DNA of 58,655 nucleotides from positions 1 to 58,655 of the forward strand of contig NIVC01004132.1 in the NCBI GenBank assembly GCA_002269645.1, written 5' to 3'. Below are positions 22,849 to 34,630 of this stretch, in pieces; the stretch's first letter is position 1, and every line of letters begins with the position of its first letter. Both the position numbers and the translations under genes were made by a program. This DNA is from Macrostomum lignano (lineage: Eukaryota). The notes below the pieces were generated by a model, which searched no databases, was not told the origin of the DNA, and saw only the letters and a program-made list of their open reading frames with translations.

Positions 22849-25230
22849 TCTCCCCCCGATCACCAGCGGTCACCAGCTGTTGGATCTGGAACAGCTGTGC
22901 ACCCCGAGAGACTTCCTCACTGGCGTCGCTGGTGATGGTGACGATCGTGTCCACGCTCGTGTGTCAATACCGATGGATTGCAGATTGCAGCCTTCAACCC
23001 CCGGAAAGCTTGCTCGCATTCGGTTGTCCACTCGTCCACTCGAACTCGGCGTCGCTCTTGAGCAGATGTCGATCAGAGGCAAATTGGGTTTGGGCACGAG
23101 GAAGTTGGCCGATCCCCAGGAACGCCTGCAGCTCCTTCTTCCTCCAGTCGCTTCAGCAGAGACTTGAGTCGGTGCTCAGTCTCCGTTGCTCGGTGAACAA
23201 TGATGTCATCCAAGAAGTGCTCCATTCCGGGCAGGATACTACCAGGTCGTCCAGCATCCTCTCTGTAGGTTCCAGAAAATTTCGTCAATCTGTCATTTGG
23301 TAATTTAAAATGAAAGAAAAAATCGAGATCGACTTACTTTGATGCCTTGCTGAAATAAGCCTACTGTGTCGAATAGGAACTTTACTTGTCGTTCAAGCGA
23401 AGTGTTTCTAAGAAAACCCACATACTTATAACGTCAAAATAAAAAATTAAGAACTAAACGGGAAGTGTAAAATTAAAAGGAAAAAGCATAATTAATTTAT
23501 AATGAATATTATATATGTAATCTGCAGATGATCAAAACAATCTATTTAACACGGTTCCCATTAGTATTCGAATCAAGGAATACTCAAGTTGACTATTAAA
23601 GTGATTTCCTAGAAACAATTAACTTTAAACACAACAAGTGAAATCTCCTTTCGATTCTGACCTATTTTAGAAGTAAATTTGATTCAATTTTACTTTAAAA
23701 TCACGCACAAATCTTCTTTGACGAAAAGTTTTTTGACGAAATGTCCGTCCACTCCTCCGGAAGGCCGCAGGCGCTGACGCTTGACCAACGGCACCTGGCG
23801 GTGTCGGTACAGGCCCTGCAAGGTACGTTATGAGTCGCATGATGACTCGTGCAGCCGCATTTGCCTGTAGCCCGCCATGAGGTCGATCTTGGAGAAGGCG
23901 CGGCCGCTGGCTGTCTTGATATTCGTCAAGATCTCGCCCAACGGAGGCATCCCGTGCTGGTCAATGACGAGCGACTTGTGCACATCGATGCAGACTCGAA
24001 TGTTGCCGTTCTTCTTGTTGGCGACCACCAGGTTGGAAATCCAGGGGCTGGAGTTCACTCGCTCGATGATGCCCGCTGCCTCCAGCTGGTCAAGCTCCTC
24101 GCCGATCTGTTGCTGCTTTGCTAGAGGCAGGTGGCACAGCGGCTGCTGTACTTTGCTTTGCAAAGTGTTGATCCTCGGCTGGTTTACCGCTCCTTTGCAC
24201 AGCTCGATTGAGCCGTTGAAGACCGCTAAGAATTCCTTTGCGATATCGACACTGGCAATTCCGGTATCGGCACCTGGAAGCTGCCCAGCTTTTCCACCAG
24301 GTCGCGGCCGATGAAGTTCTCGCCCGATCTCGTGATTTGGAAGACGTGTTGCAGCTGCCAACTCCGGTGCTGGATGTCCATCTGCTTGCCGACGTACAAT
24401 CGTAGATGCACCGCCAAAGGTCTCAGTTGAAGGTCGCTAAGGCTTTTTGCCGTGAGGATGTTGAGCAGCTGGCCACCTTAGCACCGCAGTCGACCACCAA
24501 GCTATCGATCTTTCGAGCATTGCCCAGTCGCAGCTCGACTCGGATCTCGTCGTTACCATGCACCGAGTAGATTGTAACTGACTCCTCCGCGCCGCAACTG
24601 CAGAGCCTTGCTGCGGCAACATCAACTGAAATGATTGAGCTTGCCGCAGTTTTTTTTCACTTTTGTCATGCCGCCGCGGGGGTCGTGACTCCGGCTGCAT
24701 CGCTGACAGGGGCCGGCGGCAATTGATGCTGTCACTTCTGTAGCTTCTTTCTAGCCGGAGCGCCGCGGTGGCCTCGGGGCCCAGCATCATGCACAGCCTG
24801 GACGTTTCCCGATGAGCTGGCAGCCGCCATCGCTTTGCTGCCAGCCGCTGCCTCCCTAATAGCAGTCGCGATCACAATGGCCTAGCTAGTCCAAAGTCAA
24901 CCTGGCAGCGTCCTCCGTCAGTAGACGCTCGCGAATCCGAGGGCTGCTGGTCTTCTGTGCCAGCTGGTCGCGAATCAACTCGTCACTCAGAGCTCCATAG
25001 TTGCAGGTGGCTGATGGCTCTTGCAGTGACAAAGTGACTAAGGTGACTGCGTCCTCTCCAGGCAACTGCTGTCGCTCCTGTTCACATCACGTTCACATTC
25101 GATGCATTTCGAGCCCTGGCGATCTGCTGCCCCTCGAAGAAGAGCAGGTGCAGCAGCAGGTTGCGGCACACCGTTGCAAGAGAGAGAACGTACTACTGCT
25201 TTTGAATACTCATCGCTGGTCTGCGACACT
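22849..25230 (-). mobile_element. Decayed, internally deleted Ty3/Gypsy retrotransposon (gag, protease, RT; RNase H and integrase absent)
   Basis: gag IRDQL..RERLL.E..LTLD, degenerate CCHC knuckles near 24620-24720, protease VVDCGA near 24490, RT PWISNLVV..KKNGNIRVCID, FSKIDLMAGYRQM, FLDD; PPT GGGGGGAGA followed by TG at 22848; stops and frameshifts; paired LTRs not found. Confidence 0.9.
23268..23753. mobile_element. AT-rich insertion splitting the Gypsy RT, probably a MULE-like MITE
   Basis: RT reads APAAFRR on one side and MLDDL on the other; both ends begin GG and share inverted ATTTCGTCAA; TSD degenerate. Confidence 0.55.
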
Positions 25231-25257
25231 GTCGGGGTTTATTTTAGAAAATAAGCA

Positions 25258-25500
25258 GCCGTCGGAAGAGAAGGCCATAGGCGAACGTATGCTGGAGGAG
25301 ACTCGATCTGTCCTATTCCAATCTGGACGAGCCCAATGTGTCGGAGAATGACGTCAACAACACTAAGATGTGGCTCAGGGTTAAGCTCGGTTTATATGTG
25401 CTTTATCTAATTTATCTAATACTCGATTTGGCGTTGTCTTTGTGATTCAATTGAAAAAATCTCAGCTGACCGCACTCTCAACTCTGAATCGTGAATACTG
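25258..25500 (+). pseudogene. 5'-truncated, frameshifted diverged paralog of the 66-aa secreted peptide gene
   Basis: EEKAIGERMLEET then SNLDEPNVS..LRVK aligns with EEKAMAERVLEETLSNIDESSMS..FRVR; downstream CTGACCGCACTCTCAACTCTGA matches the 3' flank CTGACCGGACTCTGAACTGTGA; signal peptide missing next to the Gypsy. Confidence 0.7.
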
Positions 25501-26321
25501 AACGTGGAATTATCAGACTCCGAGAAGTTAAGAAATTGAAGTACTGGAAGCAAAGAGTGAAAGTCGGCTATATCGAGAAGATTCGTCGACGGCTGCTCTG
25601 CATACAGAAGATTTTGCCATCAGCGAAAAGAGCTTCAAGCTGCATTGGATAGTGCATGCTGAGCAGACCAAGTTGCCGATCGGAAGGAACCGAGAACAGA
25701 GCCGCACAACGACCTGTTTGAGGGAGTTGCACGTGAGTTGCTCTACAAAACTGCAAGTTTATTGTTTGTGTACAGGAACTGAGGCATCCCACAAGAGATC
25801 ACTACCGACTGAGACCCAAAGTTGCTTCGTCTTCAAGGAGTCCGAGCTCTCTGTAGTTCTTAGGGAATTTTCCGGAGCAAAGTGTCTAAGACGTGTCAAC
25901 AAAGAGAACTGGCGGAGTAGCATTCCACCCAGTCTGGAATAGTGTACCGTGTTCAGTGCTCAGTGCTTTAGAAACTCAATTGCATTTAATTCTGAAAGAT
26001 CTTGTTAAACTTTACTGTGTATGCAAGAAAGAGTAAAATAGAAAATGCGGAGAAAACTCTTGAGAGTTGCCTGTTTGACTGATAGCTGTCATCAAACAAA
26101 CAAATTCTGCATCATATTCATAGGCATGCAAGACTGCAGTCTCTGCTCCGCTCTTCTCGCGTAAAAGCAGAAAAGTCAAACAACGTCGCTCCTTGGACCG
26201 GAAACACGTGCCAATCCGAAGCGCATAAATTCGCAACTACCAGCTACTCAAGAATTCAATTTCAAATTCGACTTAATCTACACACAGATCCAAGACTCGA
26301 CTCGACTGGACTCAAGCAATC

Positions 26322-26522
26322 ATGAAGTGGCAGCTCGCTCTCGGACTTTTGCTGTGCGCCGCCCTGGTCGTCGCCGTGCCCACCCAGGAGGAGAAGGCCA
26401 TGGCCGAACGCGTGCTGGAGGAGACTCTGTCCAACATTGACGAGTCCAGCATGTCGAAGGAGAAGGCACTGGACCTGAAGAAGAAGATCTTCAGGGTTAG
26501 GGCCAGGATCCATATTGGTTAG
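26322..26522 (+). CDS. Unknown 66-aa secreted peptide precursor, copy A
   Basis: ATG start, signal peptide MKWQLALGLLLCAALVVA, GC3-rich codons like host exons, CATAAA about 95 bp upstream, ORF preserved in the inverted copy. Confidence 0.75.
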   Translation: MKWQLALGLLLCAALVVAVPTQEEKAMAERVLEETLSNIDESSMSKEKALDLKKKIFRVRARIHIG

Positions 26523-27869
26523 ATCTGAGACTGGCAACTGACCGGACTCTGAACTGTGACTGTAAACCGCCCAAATCTCAATGTAGAGGGTTTAAATCTT
26601 CTAATATCTACCGATCAGTTTTGCCAAATATATCAGCAGCAAAACAATATATCTTTGTCTTGTTTTTTCTGGAATACCGGACTGTATGTTGTGAATATCT
26701 CTTCATAATGAAGAAAGGAAGAATTTTGAACCAAAGGATTCAAAGGAAGAAATTTAGCAATCTGCCGTCCGTCAATTTTTTTTCGCAAACTAGACTGGTA
26801 AATTTTACGTATGCACACTTTTACAGTGCATTAATTCGCACCCGCCTACAACGCTGAGGCAGCTCAGCGGGAGACGCATCTGATTCGCATCGAACTACGA
26901 GAACCTAAAATATGAGCTTCGATTCCATGCGCAGCTTCTTTTTTGTTGCTCATAGACGAAAATCATCGGCAACGCCTGCCAGCAAGAGGTGTCGTGGTTC
27001 TTGAGACGGGCGGAGCCGTTTCACAGTGATCAGTCCCGTCATCTGATTCATACAGATGCTAGCTGTTCCATACAGATGTTATATACTTCACTTTCTGTTA
27101 TTTATTGAACGTCTTCAAACTTTTTACATTCATGTTATGCATGCAATTTATTCGGCTACACTTTACTCTGGACTGCAGCCTTGTACGTTTTGCCGTTTTT
27201 GTACTTATTTTGTGTTCTTTGTAGTATATTGTACGTATAGCTAACGGTATGACTTTAGCGGCATATTGTGGCCATATTTTAATCATATACGTATATGAAA
27301 CGTATATGAAACGTATTAAAATCAATTAATCATTGATTTTAATTTTCATGATTACAAGCATTTCCACTCGATTTCTGGTGTGTAGCAGTTTTGTGAAAAT
27401 CTGACTCCAGGAGATGAAACTGCAGGCAAGCTCCTACATGTAAATAAGCTAGAGATATCAAGAAGACTTATACGTAGAGTTGATCTCTAAGACTTTTTTC
27501 GCTTGAGTCGCCAGTTTTCTGTCCTTAGTATTGAGCAGTCCCTACCCAAATCTTTCTCATTTTGTCAACCTCACACACGCCAACGGACGTGACGTTTTAC
27601 ATGTATTACTTTAAGTAATAAATATCTACGCGGAGATGGGAACGCTCAGGTGAGATTCTATGAATAAAATATGTGTCAATGTTTTAATTTCTAATGTTTC
27701 ATAAAGGAAAACAAGACGAAGCGTACAATGGGTTGCTGAAACAATGTTTTGCTGCTAATATATTTGGCAAAACTGGATCGGCAAATAGATATGGAAGAAG
27801 ACCCTCTACATTGAGATTTGGGCGGTTTACAGTCACAGTTCAGAGTCCGGTCAGTTGCCAGTCTCAGAT

Positions 27870-28070
27870 CTAACCAATATGGATCCTGGCCCTAACCCTG
27901 AAGATCTTCTTCTTCAGGTCCAGTGCCTTCTCCTCCGACATGCTGGACTCGTCAATGTTGGACAGAGTCTCCTCCAGCACGCGTTCGGCCATGGCCTTCT
28001 CCTCCTGGGTGGGCACGGCGACGACCAGGGCGGCGCACAGCAAAAGTCCGAGAGCGAGCTGCCACTTCAT
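27870..28070 (-). CDS. Unknown 66-aa secreted peptide precursor, copy B (K46E relative to copy A)
   Basis: Same ORF; ATGTCGAAG vs ATGTCGGAG is the only amino-acid difference. Confidence 0.75.
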   Translation of the reverse strand: MKWQLALGLLLCAALVVAVPTQEEKAMAERVLEETLSNIDESSMSEEKALDLKKKIFRVRARIHIG

Positions 28071-28569
28071 GATTGCTTGAGTCCAGTCGAGTCGAGTCTT
28101 GGATCTGTGTGTAGATTAAGTCGAATTTGAAATTGAATTCTTGAGTAGCTGGTAGTTGCGAATTTATGCGCTTCGGATTGGTACGTGTTTCCGGTCCAAG
28201 GAGCGACGTTGTTTGACTTTTCTGCTTTTCCGTGAGAAGAGCGGAGCAGAGACTGCAGTCTTGCATGCCTATGAATATGATGCAGAATTTGTTTGTTTGA
28301 TGACAGCTATCAGTCAAACAGGCAACTCTCAAGAGTTTTCTGCATGCAAGTGTATTCAATTCAGTGCGGTCTATTTGACTGCTCGCGTGCACAGTAAAGT
28401 TTAATAAGAACTTTCAGAAAATTCAGTGCAATTCAGTTTCTAAAGCACTGAGCACTGATCACGGTGCACTATTAGAGACTCGCTGGAATGCTACTCCGCC
28501 TGCCCTTGTTGTTGACACTTCTCAGACACTTTACTCTGGGAAACTCAGCTAGTCCTCCATGGATATTCC

Positions 28570-29075
28570 ATTGCTTTCCATTGAGGCTTCCATGGCTTTA
28601 CCTGAGGTTTTCATGGCTTTACCTGAGGTTTCTATAGACATTTACCTGAGGTTTTCATGGCTCTTTACCTGAGATTTCCATGGCCCTTTACCTGAGGCTT
28701 CCATGGCTTTACCTGAGGTTTCCATGGCTTTACCTGAGGTTTCTATAGACCTTTACCTGAGGTTTTCATGGCTTTACCTGAGGTTTCTATAGACATTTAC
28801 CTGAGGTTTTCATGGCTCTTTACCTGAGGTTTCCATGGCCCTTTACCTGAGGCTTCCATGGCTTTACCTGAGGTTTCCATGGCTTTTTACTTGAGGTTTT
28901 CATGGCCCTTTACCTGAGATTTACGTGGCGCTTTACCTGAGGTTTTCATGGCCCTTTACCTGAGGTTTACGTGGCGCTTTACCTGAGGTTTCTATGACCT
29001 TGACTGAAGTTTCCATAGCTTAACCTGAGATTTCCATGGCGCTTTGCCTGAGGTTTCCATGGGGCTATACCTGAG
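28570..29075 (+). repeat. 21-23-bp minisatellite (TTTACCTGAGGTTTCCATGGCCC)
   Basis: About 22 units read directly. Confidence 0.9.
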
Positions 29076-29119
29076 CGTTGCACAGCGCTAGCTGATTTCA
29101 TAGAACATTACACGCCTAC

Positions 29120-29260
29120 ACTGTACGCAGGCACACACTCACACAGGGTGTATACAACGGCCCTGAGTTTTCTAATCGTCGGGCATGAACAGTCTGTGCC
29201 TTGGGGGGGGGGGGTCGGCTTTCATGGCAGCGAATCGCACGACAGCCCACCGGCTAATTT
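29120..29260 (-). mobile_element. Diverged partial copy of the tRNA-derived SINE body
   Basis: CGCAGGCACACACTCACACAGG...TGTGCCTTGGGGG shared with 31045 and 47505. Confidence 0.65.
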
Positions 29261-29349
29261 TCGTGCACACAAGCGTACCAGGGAAAATTCTTCAAAGGAA
29301 TGAAACATGTCCATAATTTTTATCGGAATAAGGCCGATTGTGAATAGGG

Positions 29350-30010
29350 CCTCAGGTAAAGGGCCATGGAAACCTCAGGTAAAGGGCCATGGAAACCTCA
29401 GGTAAAGGGCCATGGAAACCTCAGGTAAAGGGCCATGGAAACCTCAGGTAAAGGGCCATGGAAACCTCAGGTAAAGGGCCATGGAAACCTCAGGTAAAGG
29501 GCCACGTAAACCTCAGGTAAATGGCCATGAAAACCTCAGGTAAAGGGCCATGAAAACCTCAGGTAAAGGGCCACGTAAACCTCAGGTAAAGGGCCACGTA
29601 AACCTCAGGTAAAGGGCCACGTAAACCTCAGGTAAAGGGCCATGGAAACCTCAGGTAAAGGGCCATGGAAGCCTCAGGTAAAGAGAAATGGAAACCTCAG
29701 GTAAAGAGAAATGGAAACCTCAGGTAAAGAGAAATGGAAACCTCAGGTAAAGAGAAATGGAAACCTCAGGTAAAGGGCCATGGAAACCTCAGGTAAAGAA
29801 AAATGGAAACCTCAGGTAAAGGGCCATGAAAAATTCAGGTAAAAAGCCATGGAAACCTTAGGTAAAGGGCCATGGAAACCTCAGGTAAAGGGCCATGGAA
29901 ACTTCAGGTAAAAATCCATGGAAACTTCAGGTAAAAATCCATGGAAACTTCAGGTAAAAATCCATGGAAACTTCAGGTAAAAATCCATGGAAACCTCAGG
30001 TAAGGCCATA
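29350..30010 (-). repeat. Same 22-bp minisatellite in inverted orientation (CCTCAGGTAAAGGGCCATGGAAA)
   Basis: About 30 units, reverse complement of the 28570-29075 array. Confidence 0.92.
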
Positions 30011-31040
30011 GAAACTCAAGTATAGCATTTCTTGACAAACACATTGACTCATTGAAAAATTTACACACCTCATTTATCTCAGAGATAGCAAAAATCTGTC
30101 TATAATTCGTTTACTACTTTCATATCTACAGATAGACCTATCTGACTGATTTTATACCCCTACCCCTGAGGACATACAGAGCTGATTGGATGGATGGCTA
30201 AAAGCAAAAAGGAGATTTTTCAAAACCATATAAGCCACCGGTATATGTCTGGTTTATACTATTCATGCAATAGATTTATTCATCATTTGTCGTATCAACA
30301 GTCGATGTTTATCTAAGCTGCCGGATTAGCCTAATACATCAAGTTCGGCGCCAAAAATGTTGACGTATCGGCTAATTGCAAAGCAACATTTGTCTGGAAA
30401 GTTCTTTAGAGTCAGATTATGAATTATGACTATGTGTTAGATTGAATTGAGAGATTTCATGCTAACCACGGACTAATCATCGCACCTCATCATCTAATTA
30501 TCACATCTCATCATCTAATTATCGCACCTCATTATCTAATAATTATATATATTTTACAGTATTAGAATCAGCTGTGAAGGTTTTTAAAGACGCTTATACG
30601 AGTAGATAGAGCAAGGACTTCTAGACTAACAGGACGTAAAACTCAAAGATCGTGCAATTTTTTGGAGGCCACGATTTCCTGGAAAAAATACACTGCGAAG
30701 ATAGGAAAAAATCTGTTTTTCGTCACAAAATCTGTGATTGTATTTGATCTGGGGCAGTGAAGACTACCATTCTTTTAATTTAACATGCACAACATGTTAC
30801 TCTATTATATTTTCATATAGCTGTGTAATGAAGTTTTAATTTTCATATTGTTTTCACTTTATTTCATAAGCCCAAAGTTGCAAACTCACAAGTTGTCTAG
30901 AAGTCCTTGAGATAGAGTTTGATTAGTAGAGGCCGGGGCTGTGTGTATTTTAAGCGACATAGGCACACAACCGGCGAGAGGCATTACTGCCCATTCCGCC
31001 GACTCCTCTGAGCAGGCACACAAGCGCGTGGATACGTACG

Positions 31041-31273
31041 CAGTCATACGCACAGGCACACACTCACACAGGAGTGTACAGCGGCCCTAACTTTATTTAT
31101 CGTTAGGCATGTACACTTCACTGTGCCTTGGGGGTTGGCCCTCAGGGGCGTTAATTGCACGAGCAGAGCCAAGCCGAGATTCCAATTTAGCTTCAAATTA
31201 ATCTGACTGCACTGGGAATCGAGCCTGGGCCGCTGGCACATCAGAGCCCTGCGCTAGACCACTAGGCCACGGC
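31041..31273 (-). mobile_element. tRNA(Glu-like)-derived SINE
   Basis: Head GCCGTGGCCTAGTGG (A box) ... GGCTCGATTCCC (B box); acceptor stem does not pair; body shared with two other copies in the window. Confidence 0.8.
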
Positions 31274-31504
31274 TTTGTACCCTGCGACTGATAAAAATTG
31301 TCCTATCCAAAGATTATCCCCATTCCGATTGGCCCAGATTATCTCCTACGCATTGACCCAATAAGATTTTCCTGAAGAAAGAGACAGTAAGAGAGCTTTC
31401 TTCCGAGGAAAAAAGTCGGTTTCTTTAAGACATCATCTTAAAATTAGCATTACTTGGCGTATTCTCAACAGGCCCCAAAAACATCAGCAAACTATAATTC
31501 AGAC

Positions 31505-33751
31505 ATGCTAGTAAAACTTAAAGTACAAATTGTACTGATTATCTTATTATCCGTTTGTCCGTTAGCATTCGGCAGTCGAGTCAGCACAGACGAACAGGAA
31601 CTGCTGTCTTATCTAATGGCAGACTACGATTCGGCATCCAGGCCTACTATCAACGCCGCCAAAACTGTGGAAGTCCGCTTTCAAATAGCGCTGGTTCAAA
31701 TTTCGCAACTGGTAGGTTATGATTTATTGATGTCACATCTGTATTTTTGTCCCGTAGTTTATGATTGAAGGAAGGAATGATGGAGCACCTTCTAGATGAT
31801 TACAAAACAGCTGTGAAACGGTGGTGGAGACTGGGACACATTCAGGTTACTGTAGCGAACATCAGGATATGGTACAGCTGATGGGAGACAGTAGAGTGAC
31901 AGCTGGATAGAGTGGAGTAACAGCTGGAATACAGTAGAGTGACAGCTGGATTACAGTGGAGTGACAGCTGGGATACAGTAGAGTGACAGCTGAGATAGAG
32001 TGCAGTGACAGGGAACACAGTAGAGTGACGGGGAACACAGTGGAGTGACAGGGAACACAGCGGAGTGACAGGGAACACAGCGGAGTGACAGGGAATACAG
32101 TGGAGTGACAGGGAACACAGTAGAGTAACAGGGAACACAGTGGAGTGACGGGGAACACAGTGGAGTGACAGGGAACACAGTGGAGTGACAGCTGGGATAC
32201 AGTGGAGTGACAGGGAACACAGTAGAGTGACAGGGAACACAGTGGAGTGACGGGGAACACAGTGGAGTGACAGCTGGGATACAGTGGAGTGACAGCTGGA
32301 ATACAGTAGAGTGACGGGGAACACAGTGGAGTGACAGCTGGGATACAGTAGAGTGACAGGGAACACAGTGGAGTGACAGCTGGGATACAGTAGAGTGACA
32401 GGGAACACAGTGGAGTGACAGGAAACACAGTGGAGTGACAGGGAACACAGTGGAGTGACAGGGAACACAGTAGAGTGACAGGGAACACAGTAGAGTGACA
32501 GGGAACACAGTAGAGTAACAGGGAACACAGTAGAGTGACAGGGAACACAGTGGAGTGACAGGGAACACAGTGGAGTGACAGGGAACACAGTGGAGTGACA
32601 GGGAACACAGTGGAGTGACAGGGAACACAGTGGAGTGACGGGGAACACAGTGGAGTGACAGGGAACACAGTGGAGTGACAGGGAACACAGTGGAGTAACA
32701 GGGAACACAGTGGAGTGACAGGAAACACAGTGGAGTGACAGGGAACACAGTAGAGTGACAGGGAACACAGTAGAGTGACAGGGAACACAGTAGAGTAACA
32801 GGGAACACAGTAGAGTGACGGGGAACACAGTGGAGTGACAGGGAACACAGTGGAGTGACAGGGAACACAGTGGAGTGACAGGGAACACAGTGGAGTGACA
32901 GGGAACACAGTGGAGTGACGGGGAACACAGTGGAGTGACAGGGAACACAGTGGAGTGACAGGGAACACAGTGGAGTAACAGGGAACACAGTGGAGTGACA
33001 GGAAACACAGTGGAGTGACAGGGAACACAGTGGAGTGACAGGGAACACAGTAGAGTGACAGGGAACACAGTAGAGTGACGGGGAACACAGTGGAGTGACA
33101 GGGAACACAGTGGAGTGACAGGAAACACAGTGGAGTGACGTGGTGGAGGCAGGGCTTGGCAGGAGAGTCCTTGAGAATACTGAAACAATAAAATAGCAGT
33201 TTATTTTTTTCGGCGAGCCAAAGATTTATCGTTAAAGTTTGCAATCTAAAAGTTGATTGCTAAAAAGGAAGTCTTCCGCAGTCATTTCCTATCCGGAAAG
33301 CGAAATAAAAAATGCTTGCACAGCCAAAGCTGCCTGCCTAGAAATAGCTAAGCTTTCTGAAGAGCTGTCAGACACGTGTCAAGAGAAAAGCCACAATCTA
33401 TAAAGACAAATTTGTTTTGCCAAAGTCAGCATTAAAATATTAAGCTGGTGGGATTAAGCTTCAAGCGGACACGCCCTCAACCGCGGATCTTCTTGTCTTA
33501 TGTTGGGGATTAGGGGGGGGGGCGCTGCGAAATTCACTGGAGGTCGGTTTAAATATTGTTTAAAGTAACGTAAATATTTTCAACAATATATTTATCTGGG
33601 TATAATAAATGCAAACTGGGTATTTGCAGGACGAGGTCAATCAAGTGCTAACAACCAATGTCTGGCTTGAGCAGGTGAGTCCTTACATGCTACAGGTGAT
33701 GTGTCCATATTCACCTAGTTGGTTAGTTAGTTAGTTATTTAGTTAGTTAGC

Positions 33752-33796
<45 letters not shown>

Positions 33797-33805
33797 GGTT
33801 AGTTT

Positions 33806-33850
<45 letters not shown>

Positions 33851-33873
33851 CTAGTTAGTTAGTTGGTTAGTTT

Positions 33874-33942
<69 letters not shown>

Positions 33943-34082
33943 CTAGTTAGTTAGCTAGTTAGTTAGTTAGCTAGTTAGTTAGTTAGTTAGTTAGTAAGTT
34001 AGTTAGTTAGTTAGTTAGTTAGTTAGCTAGTTAGTTAGCTAGTTAGTTAGTTGGTTAGTTAGTTAGTTATTTAGTTAGTTAA

Positions 34083-34118
<36 letters not shown>

Positions 34119-34171
34119 CTAGTTAGTTAGCTAGTTAGTTAGCTAGTTAGTTAGTTAGTTAGTTAGTTAGC

Positions 34172-34205
<34 letters not shown>

Positions 34206-34206
34206 A

Positions 34207-34242
<36 letters not shown>

Positions 34243-34464
34243 CTAGTTAGTTAGCTAGTTAGTTAGTTAGCTAATTAGTTAGTTAGTTAGTTAGTTAGTT
34301 AGTAAGTTAGTTAGTTAGTTAGTTAGTTAGTTAGCTAGTTAGTTAGCTAGTTAGTTAGTTAGTTAGTTAGTTAGTTATTTAGTTAGTTAATTAGTTAGTT
34401 AGTTAGTTAGTTAGTTAGCTAGCTAGTTAGTTAGTTAGTTAGCTAGTTAGTTAGTTAGTTAGTC

Positions 34465-34501
<37 letters not shown>

Positions 34502-34510
34502 TTTAGTCAT

Positions 34511-34545
<35 letters not shown>

Positions 34546-34591
34546 TTTAGTTAGTTAATTAGTTAGTTAGTTAGTTAGCTAGTTAGTTAGC

Positions 34592-34630
<39 letters not shown>

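Larger units (their letters stand above)
25865..28545. repeat. Inverted duplication: arms ~25865-26646 and ~27745-28545 with ~1.1-kb spacer
   Basis: Arms are reverse complements; near-identical core of about 550 bp, visibly more diverged edges. Confidence 0.95.

Noticed and set aside
31205-31273. tRNA gene
   Set aside because: A and B boxes present but acceptor stem does not pair and it is fused to a repeated body, so it is a SINE head.
31842-33244. ORFs of 385-460 aa on the minus strand
   Set aside because: Translation of a stop-free 20-bp minisatellite inside nAChR intron 1; pure periodic sequence.
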